Positions 54,466 to 64,000 of a stretch of DNA of 64,000 nt are shown one piece after another. The notes below the pieces were generated by a model that ran no database searches, had not been told where the DNA came from, and saw nothing but the letters and a program-made list of their open reading frames with translations. The stretch comes from Octopus vulgaris (taxonomy: Eukaryota). The stretch's first letter is position 1; every line of letters starts with the position of its first letter. A program made the position numbers and the translations under genes. Where the stretch lies: NCBI GenBank assembly GCA_951406725.2, contig OX597821.1, positions 74,028,001-74,092,000 of the forward strand, in the 5' to 3' direction.

Positions 54466-54759
54466 TGGAGACACATGACCTAGTAGTTAGAGCGGCCGAC
54501 TCGCGGTCGAAGGATCGAATCTCAGACCGGGCGATGTGTGTGTTTATGGGCGAAACACCTAAGCTCCACGCTGCTCCGGCATAAGGTAACGGCGAACTTC
54601 TGCTGACTCTTTCGCCACAACTTTCTCTCATTCATTCCTCCTGAATATTGTAGCTCACCTGTGACGGACCGGCGTCCCGTCCAGGTAGGGAACCTATATG
54701 CCAAGGAAACTGGGAAACCGGCGCTTATTTGCCAGGCGTGAGTCGAGAAGGAACAAACA
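54466..54759 (+). mobile_element. SINE with family C head but a different 3' half; 12-bp TSD
   Basis: The 5' ~170 bp matches family C and then diverges (CCTGTGACGGACCGGCGTCCCGTCCAGG). TSD ACTATTAAGAAG at 54454-54465 and 54760-54771. Confidence 0.8.
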
Positions 54760-55121
54760 ACTATTAAGAAGGCGCGTGGTTTATTGGTTACAGTATTTGG
54801 CTCACGGTTGTGGGTTCGGCTTCAGGCGATGCGTTGTAGTCCTTCCGCACTACTCCTTATTTCGCAATGCTCCAGTCCAATCAACAGGCAAAATATGAGT
54901 GGTACCTGTAATTCAAAAGGTGAGCCTTGTCACCTTCTGTGTCACGACGGAGTTCCACTCATAATTATATTCATAAATACTCCGCTATTATATTTATTAA
55001 GTACTCCGATTTTGTTCGTAGGAACACATATACTCACCCATCCATCCATACGTACATATTCCCATTTGTACATACATACATACATATATACATACATACA
55101 TACATACATATATACATATAT

Positions 55122-55213
55122 GTACTTATTCTATCGGTCTCTTTTGTCCAACTGCTAAGTGACGGGGACGTAAACACATCAGCATCGGTTGTCAAGCAAT
55201 GCTAGGGGGACAA

Positions 55214-55244
<31 letters not shown>

Positions 55245-55415
55245 CATATATACGACAGGCTTATTTCAGTTTCCGTCTACCAAATCCACTCTCAAGGCTT
55301 GGGTCAGCCCGAAGCTATAGTAGAAGACACGCAGTGAGAATGAACCCGGAACCATGTGGTTGGTAAGCAACCTACTTACCACATAGCAGCCACTCCTACG
55401 CCTACAATATGTGTG

Positions 55416-55509
<94 letters not shown>

Positions 55510-55510
55510 C

Positions 55511-55559
<49 letters not shown>

Positions 55560-55845
55560 CACACATATTGTAGGCGTAGGAGTGGCTGCTATGTGGTAAG
55601 TAGGTTGCTTACCAACCACATGGTTCCGGGTTCATTCTCACTGCGTGTCTTCTACTATAGCTTCGGGCTGACCCAAGCCTTGAGAGTGGATTTGGTAGAC
55701 GGAAACTGAAATAAGCCTGTCGTATATATGTATATATATATGTGTGTGTGTGTTTGTCCCCCTAGCATTGCTTGACAACCGATGCTGATGTGTTTACGTC
55801 CCCGTCACTTAGCGGTTGGACAAAAGAGACCGATAGAATAAGTAC
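55122..55845. repeat. ~720-bp near-perfect palindrome of two head-to-head family B SINE arms around a (CA)/(TA)/(TG) centre
   Basis: 55122-55420 is the reverse complement of 55550-55845. ORFs 55266..55619(-) and 55356..55709(+) share identical non-repeat translations. Confidence 0.92.
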
Positions 55846-55953
55846 TAGGCTTTCAAAGAATAAGTCCTGGGGGTCGATTTGCTCGACTAAAGGCGGTGCT
55901 CCAGCATGGCCACACAGAAACAAGTGAAAAAGAAAAAAAGAAAAAATGAAAAT

Positions 55954-56027
<74 letters not shown>

Positions 56028-56193
56028 GACGGGCTTCTTTCAGTTTCCATCTACCAAATTCGCTTACTGGGCTTTGGTCGGTCCGACCGAATCTATAGAC
56101 ACTTGCCCAAAGAGCCACACATGTGGTTGAAAAGCAAGCTGCTTACTACACAACCACTCCTACGTACATGCACATACAAATATAGACACATTC

Positions 56194-56260
<67 letters not shown>

Positions 56261-56507
56261 GCATACACACACCCACACGTGTATATATATATGCATGAAT
56301 GCTCACACAAATATGTGTATACAGACGAAAACAATAGATTTCTAAATAAATAAATAAATAAATAAATAAATTACAAAATAATCAATGGTCTAATTGAGAA
56401 GAAGAGTTGAAAAAAGAAGTCTAGTAATTAGTAATTCAGGTTCTGTTGCTGTTGTCCATAGATTGTTTTGTAATGTAACCATTCCCTAATTAGGTTACAA
56501 CCAACAA

Positions 56508-56650
<143 letters not shown>

Positions 56651-56691
56651 TATATAAATATATATATGCATGTATGACTGTGTGTGTGTTC

Positions 56692-56740
<49 letters not shown>

Positions 56741-57253
56741 TGTAACATCTGTTGCCGTCGTGTTCCGCCGTTTCATTTCTTTTGTTTGTCAAGCAATGAC
56801 GTTCGCCGTTAATTTGTCTTCGACATAATTCAAGCGTGAATTTAATGTATTTATTATTTTTTTTTATATATTCTATTTGCATTGTTATTGTTGTTGTGGT
56901 TGTTGTTCTTGTTATCATTGTTGTTTGTTGCTGTTGTTCTTGCTGCTGTTGTTCAACCCTACGTCAACTCCGATCGAGCAGAACCGGGATCAAAAGCATT
57001 CAGTATTTGACTATGCCTTATATTTTATTGCGCAAATATTTTTCGGGACATTTGGCTATGGTTTCTAACTGGTCAGACAACCATATAGAAGATGCCTGAT
57101 TGGTCAAGTGTGGCATAATGTTCTTACACAAGGGCCCAGCTATATCTACCGTATCTCTCCTCCTCCTCTACTTCCTCCTCATCCTCATTTTCTAACTGAA
57201 TACGTCACTGACGTTCTTCACGTATTCTGTGTCAATTTCTTCATAACTTTCAA

Positions 57254-57890
57254 GGCGGCGTGCTGGCAGAATCGTCAGCCCGCCGAGCGAAACGCTTTGC
57301 GGTATTTCGTCTGCCGTTACATTCTGAGTTCAAATTCCGCCGAGGTCGACTTTGCCTTTCATCCTTTCAGGGTCGATAAATTAAGTACCAGTTACGTACT
57401 GGAGTCGATGTAATCGACTTAATCCGTTTGTCTGCCCTTGTTTGTCCTCTCTGTGTTTAGCCCCTTGTGGGTAGTAAAGGAATAGATATTTCGTCTATCT
57501 TTACTTTCTGAGTTCAATTTCCGCCGAGTTAGACTTTGCCTTTCATTTTTTCAGGGTCGATAAATTAAATACCAGTTGAGTACTGGGGTCGATCTAATCG
57601 ACTGGCCTCTTCTCCAACAATTTCGGGCCTTGTTCCTAGAGTAGAAAACTACTTTATAAATTTCCTAAAGCATGAATCTGACAGAATGGTTACTGTGCCG
57701 GGGAAGAACGCTTTGCAGTATTTCTGCCGTCTCTTTAGGTTTTGTGTTGAAATTCCTCCGACGTAGACGTTGCTTTTCGTCCTTTCGGTGGGGAGGGGGT
57801 GGAGAAAATAAATAGCAGTTAAATACTGGGGTTGATATTATCGCCTTACTCTCCTACCAAAGATTTTGTGCCTGTAGCAGCAGAAAGACT
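57254..57890 (+). mobile_element. Tandem family A SINEs (three units, last degenerate)
   Basis: Repeated B box plus central domain; the first unit has the long tail and the second the short tail. Confidence 0.75.
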
Positions 57891-57938
57891 TATTACATAA
57901 CTATGTTTTGAGGAACAAGTCCTTCTCATTTAGTTAAA

Positions 57939-58023
57939 CAGTGGTTCCCAACCTGTGGCCCGCGGAACCCTAGTCGTCCGTAAAAAGGTAGTACTGAGAC
58001 CGTAAGCTAAATTCAAAGTTTCA

Positions 58024-58060
<37 letters not shown>

Positions 58061-58590
58061 GAATGGAAGCACTCCGTCGGTTACGACGACGAGGGTTCCG
58101 GTTGATCCGATCAACGGAACAGCCTGCTCGTGAAATTAACGTGTAAGTGGCTGAGCACTCCACAGACACGTGTACCCTTAACGTAGTTCTCGGGGATATT
58201 CAGTGTGACACAGAGAGTGACAAGGCCGGCCCTTTGAAATACAGGTACAACAGAAACAGGAAGAAAGAGTGAGAGAAAGTTGTGGTGAATGAGTACAGCA
58301 GGGATCACCACCATCCCTGCCGGAGCCTCGTGGAGCTGTAGGTGTTTTCGCTCAATAAACACTCACAACGCCCGGTCTGGGAATCGAAACCGCGATCCTA
58401 CGACCGCGAGTCCGCTGCCCTAACCACTGGGGCATTGCGCCTCCATATATATATATATATATGACCCCTTTTAATATGCATGTCCTTATGTATATATATA
58501 TACATAAGGACATGCATATTAAAATGGGTCAGTGGGAAAACTCATTTAAATAAAAGGGGTCTTTGGTAGTGAAAATGTTGGGAACCACTG
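57939..58590. mobile_element. hAT (Charlie-like) MITE containing a nested SINE and a hairpin
   Basis: TIRs CAGTGGTTCCCAAC / GTTGGGAACCACTG; no clean 8-bp TSD visible. Confidence 0.7.
58064..58445 (-). mobile_element. SINE family C copy inserted in (TA)n inside a MITE
   Basis: Near-identical to 23570-23958. Confidence 0.9.
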
Positions 58591-58864
58591 TTTTAACACA
58601 TTATTGCTACTTATACACATTCACGTATAAATATGGAGAGATATTGATGCGCAGCCTGACAGAAATAGCAGCGAAATCTTACTCCAATCAGATTTAAATA
58701 AAAGAAGTAAACATTGAGTAAAGTAGGCGTAGATATATTTTAGTTTGGACGAAAGTTGCAATGGTCACGGTTGGAAAGCCTTAGTCGTAGTTCCGACTTG
58801 GGTTTATTTTAGAGGGAACACATCATAACAGCGTTAACATGATCTTGCTGATGTCTATGCTGAA

Positions 58865-59325
58865 GGACACACACACACATGCGCGCGCGCAAACACACAA
58901 GCACACACACACACAAACATACATACAAACACACACACGCACGCCCATACACAAACGCACACATACACACAGACTCACACACACACACGCAAACACACAC
59001 AAAGACAAACACACAAGCACACATACAAACACGCACATACACACAGACGCACACACACACACGCAGAAACACACGCATACACAAGCACACGCAGACGCAT
59101 ACATAAACACAAGCACATATATACACACAGAAATACACATACACAAAAAGACACAAACACGCACACACACAAACACACAAATACACACATACACACACAA
59201 ATACACACACACGCATACACAAACACACGCAAGCGCACACACAAACACAAACATATGTATACACACAGAAATACACATACACAGAAACACAAAACCACAC
59301 ACATACACACACGTTCACGCATACA
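58865..59325. repeat. Long degenerate (CA)n-derived tract
   Basis: Direct reading. Confidence 0.9.
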
Positions 59326-59815
59326 TATATAATTCAGGTAAAATGTCAGATGTAGTAAGATAATAGGTACATCCAATCAGTGCTCAGTTTGACGTGCTGC
59401 CTAAATCTCCAACTCTAGCTGTAACAAGCAGTAAGGAAGTCACAGCGGAAAGACAATTGGCTGGAGGCGGTTTTGCAGTTGAGCAGCTACGAGTATATCA
59501 GAATAAAAGAATAAACATGCAAAGAATTGGTAATGGGTGAGATCATGGCATTTATATATGTTTTTTAGATCATTTGGAAAAAAGGAAATGGGGTGGTGTG
59601 TACGTAGCATCTTCCAGTTGTTTGAAGAATAGATGCAAATGAAAAGTCCCTTTACATTTAGTAGTGATTCATTCCATCATCAGAGAGAAGATGAATTAAA
59701 GATATAGTAGAGAGCCTTATACTATTACTAGAGTAATGTTTAGAGGGAAGCCTAAAGGAAAAAGGGCCGAGGAAACAGGGCTCATATATATATACACATA
59801 CGTATATTTGTATGT

Positions 59816-60505
59816 CATTGATCAGTTTTATTTCTTGCCAATAGAGAAGGGGCCGGTTTCTAACCTAGATCCCAGACTCCTTCATTGGAATTTCAACATC
59901 AACAACAGGGTATTTTTGTATGTATGTATGTATGTATGTATGTATGTATATATTTATGCATGTATGTATGCATGCATGCATGCATTTATATATGTATATA
60001 TGCGTGCATGTATGCATGCACGCATGCATATGTATGCATGCATGTATGTATATAGGCATGTATGTATGCATGCATGTATGTATGTGTGTATGCATGAATG
60101 TATGAATGTATGTTTGTATGTATATATGTATGTATGTATGTATGCATGCATGCATGTGTGTATGTATATGTGCAGATGTGTATGTTTTGCTTTATATATG
60201 TGTTCTCATACATATACTCGCATATACTTGTATATCTCAACATGCTCATATATATTTAAATGATAAACTTCTGCAAAGTTTTAAAGATTTTTACAGTCCC
60301 AGTGGTGGATTGGATCTTAGTCTTCGAATTAGCTTTCTCTTTTCTGGTTTTGAGAAGCGTAATTTCTCAAGATTGGTATTTAGGCAGTGTGTTACGTATG
60401 TATGTATTAATGTATATATGTCATTATTCAGTTTATTTCAAGATTTCTTGTCAGTAGAGAAAGAACCGGTTTCTAACCTAGATCCAAGGCTCCTTCATTG
60501 GAATG
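59816..60505 (-). mobile_element. Two further 5'-truncated copies of the (CATA)n-associated RLE element (59816-60390; 60421-60505)
   Basis: Visible similarity to 46626-46735 and 46930-47125; flanks are TATG-type repeats. Confidence 0.75.
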
Positions 60506-61459
60506 AATGTATGTATACACACGCGCGCACACACACAGACACACACACAGACACACACACAGACACACACATACACACACAGACACACACACACACAAAG
60601 TTCGATCAGAGGTTATGTTAGCCTCAGGAATGGATACTGTCATCCAAAGAAATACTGGTTCAATACTTAATATTTGGTGGGGCGGGGGTTGGAATTGATT
60701 TCTTTAAAATAATAGGTATGTATATAGAAACCTGTAGTTTATAGTCATATAAAGGAAGAAGAAGAAAATGGAGATTGCGAAGATAATACGAATTTATTGC
60801 TAACAACAATTCGAACATCATACCTTACAGCTGTTTCAATTACACACAATGAAATAATTAAATATTAAGTTCATATTTCTGAATATAATATTTTCAGGGG
60901 GAGCAAAAGTTTACCAATACATGTTTATATGCTTGTTCATGGATTCATTATAGCAGACTGAATGGTACTATTTATGATTTGTATTTTCATGTGTGGAGGC
61001 GACAGATTTACACGTTAGTTGGAAGTAAGATGGAGTAGGTAAATAGAATTTTAGTGAGAGATGAATAAATTAAATAGAGATATTAGAGGGAATATCAATA
61101 TAAATAAGGTAAAGGAGTAAATATTCAGATGTGAATATTTATACAGATATTATTATTGTTATTATAATCAGCGGCAAATATAAATAATATTATAATAATT
61201 GATAATAATAACAACAAAAATATAAGTATAGTGTTGTTTCCTGTTGTATTTTTCAGTGTTATTGGTGGTTTACCTGGGGTTTGAACTCCTATTCCTTGCA
61301 GGTAGGCGCCTCGTGTGCCATATATATATGGTCAACCCGAGGCTCTAGCAGCCCAAGGTGCCACTCAGTGGGTCTAAACCCGGAACCATGTGGTTGGTAA
61401 GCAAACTACACGCAGCCACTCCTGCGCCTACACACATGCATACATACTTACACACAAAC

Positions 61460-61533
<74 letters not shown>

Positions 61534-61537
<4 letters not shown>

Positions 61538-61877
61538 AATGAAAGAATGGAGTTGAACGACGATTTAACAAAATTCCTTTATTCTCGACATATGTTTCGA
61601 AGACTGCATATTCCTAATTCCGAAGGAATAAAGGGTGCATTATGCCGCCTTATCATCAGGAAAGACAAGGAACTTATGTCAGCATCATGACGAACAAAAA
61701 CTTTTAGATGACTGCCCACACGGAGTCCATAGTGATAATCTATTATCACTATGGATGATAAGGCGGCATAATGCACCCTTTATTCCTTCGGAATTAGGAA
61801 TATGCAGTCTTCGAAACATATGTCGAGAATAAAGGAATTTTGTTAAATCGTCGTTCAACTCCATTCTTTCATTTATT
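61534..61877. repeat. 124-bp inverted repeat with 96-bp spacer
   Basis: 61534-61657 is the reverse complement of 61754-61877. Confidence 0.9.
61583..61663 (-). ncRNA. Type I hammerhead ribozyme with extended stem II
   Basis: Minus strand TTTC-CTGATGA-T-AAGGC.GCATA...TATGC.GTCTT-C-GAAA-CATATG-TC-GAGA; GUC site. Confidence 0.7.
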
Positions 61878-62399
61878 TATAGTAAAAAAAACACACGAAT
61901 TTCCACACGAAAGCACGTGATCTCTGCCCTTGGCATGTAGCTTCAACCGTGTTTTCTGACGTGAATTTGCTACCCGGGTATCGGTTAACCGAATTATCCA
62001 TACTAGGATAATTCATTCAACTACTTAAATATATATATATATATATATATTAGTATAGTCTTTTATCTTTTACCTGTTTTAGTAAGTAGACTGCGGTCAT
62101 ACTGGACGACTGCCTTGAATGTTTAACCGACTCTAGTACATATTTTTGTTAAACCTGGTCTCTTATGTCGACTATTAACACGAATCTTTATAATAAATAT
62201 GTTGCACAGAAGTCACTTCACATAGGAGACATTAATAGCTGACATTCCATCGGTCTTTTTTGCCGAACCGCTGAATTTATGGTATGTATATGTATATTTA
62301 GGTATATTTATAACCTATTTGTGTAAATAATCATAGCTTTTGTATTGGCCGAACAGGCCACGTCGAAGGTAGTCCAGCCATGAACGACCATCAGGTTGA

Positions 62400-62654
62400 C
62401 ATATTTTATATATTTTACTCGTTTGAAGCTACTGGACAGCGGCCATGCTGGGGCATCCCCTTGAATGCTTTTTCTCGAACAAATCAACACCAGCTAATTC
62501 TATATATTTTCGAAAAAGATTTGTTAGCTGTTCTCTCTGTTTCCGTTTGCTGAACTGCTAAGTCATGAGAACGTAAACAAACCAAGAACAGTTGATAAGC
62601 GATGACGGTGACGAGAAACACAGATACACACATGCACAAATACACATACATTAC

Positions 62655-62734
<80 letters not shown>

Positions 62735-62910
62735 AGCGAGATTTATATATATAAATATATAAATAAATAAATATATATATATATATAGAAAACGAGCTTC
62801 CATATAGTTTCCGTCAACTAAATTTTCATTCCTAATGTTTTGGTCGGCCCTGAGCGATGGTTAAAGACAATTGCACAAGGTGCCGCGCAATCGGATTGAA
62901 CCCAAAACGA
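62400..62910 (-). mobile_element. Diverged SINE family B copy
   Basis: CGGCCATGCTGG, CTGCTAAGT, AGTTTCCGTC and CAAGGTGCC landmarks in the expected order. Confidence 0.65.
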
Positions 62911-63499
62911 CATGCTCTTATGAATATTTCTGTAAGACAGTTTTTTTTTTTTTTCATGGCGAGTTATTCTTTATGCTTAGGAGGGGTGAACGGCCGCGTA
63001 TCGAAGCAGAGACTCCTTCATTGTTTATCGTAAGATAGAGCATGGGTGAGCAATGAGATCGTAGTACTGTGGTGCAGGTGTGACATGCACTTAAGCACCC
63101 AACACAGACTGCATTGAATTCGCTATGTTTATAATGGTAGAAAGTAAAAGCTGATCATATACATTGACACACATCGGAACACACACACAGACACACATAC
63201 ACACCCAGACACAGATATATGTTAATCAATTGTAATATATGTATGTCTCCTATCTGAAGTGACTTCTGCGCAACGTATTCATTATTAAATCTCATGTTAA
63301 TAGCTGACATAACATTTAAATGTTGTTAATATTTTTACTCCCATTTGAATTTCATTTCAATATTTGTGTTATATAAACACAAATATAAATTGCATGCGTA
63401 GAGTACAGACAACCGTTTACACAATTTGCTGACAAACAAGACGATAGATATGTGTACATGTCGGCAATTATCCATCAATCCATCTGTCATCCGTCAGAG

Positions 63500-63617
<118 letters not shown>

Positions 63618-64000
63618 ACCATCCAAACAGAGGGTTACCTACATGCAAACAAATGTGGTAACATGGAACATTATTGACCAAGGTTACCGTGGTCTTTTCC
63701 GTAGGCTCTTCTTTCCACGGATAAACCTTATCTGCTTCTCCCTTTACACGTTACATCATGACATTTCTGTGATACACGATCCCTATTGATCTTTTTATTT
63801 CTTTTTCTTTTTTTCTTTTTACGATCCCTTTTGATCGAAAACATACCCCCTTTTTTTACTTTTGTTTTTTTTTCTCCTCAAAATAAAAGCTCTACTTTGT
63901 AATCTGTCCCGTCTGTGTGGCTAATGAAGAAACATATCTAACCATCCATCATAAAGAAATTGAAAACTCAAGCTTCTGCAGAAAAAGTGAAGCTAATTGT

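Overview
Animal (eukaryotic) genomic DNA, very AT-rich and saturated with microsatellites ((TA)n, (CA)n, (TATC)n, (CATA)n, (TAA)n, (GA)n). The SINE families and repeat texture resemble an octopus/cephalopod genome; this is my recollection-based inference, not a database result. No host gene can be called with confidence, and almost all listed ORFs are translations of microsatellites. The one long real ORF (20042-23059) is the RT, CCHC and restriction-like endonuclease protein of a near full-length R4/Dong-clade non-LTR retrotransposon. It sits in (TAA)n within a head-to-tail train of four divergent Dong-like copies (17.8-24.5 kb). The window also holds three tRNA-derived SINE families, fragments of CR1/L2-group, Tx1/L1-like, Penelope-like and mariner elements, MITEs and a Helentron-type element. 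Most notable non-annotated signals: (1) about ten type I hammerhead-ribozyme motifs in several unrelated short Penelope-like non-coding elements, including a fully canonical pair in inverted orientation at 36.1/36.6 kb and two cases downstream of a tRNA-like head; (2) different retroelement lineages each associated with a different microsatellite motif; (3) repeated fold-back palindromes.
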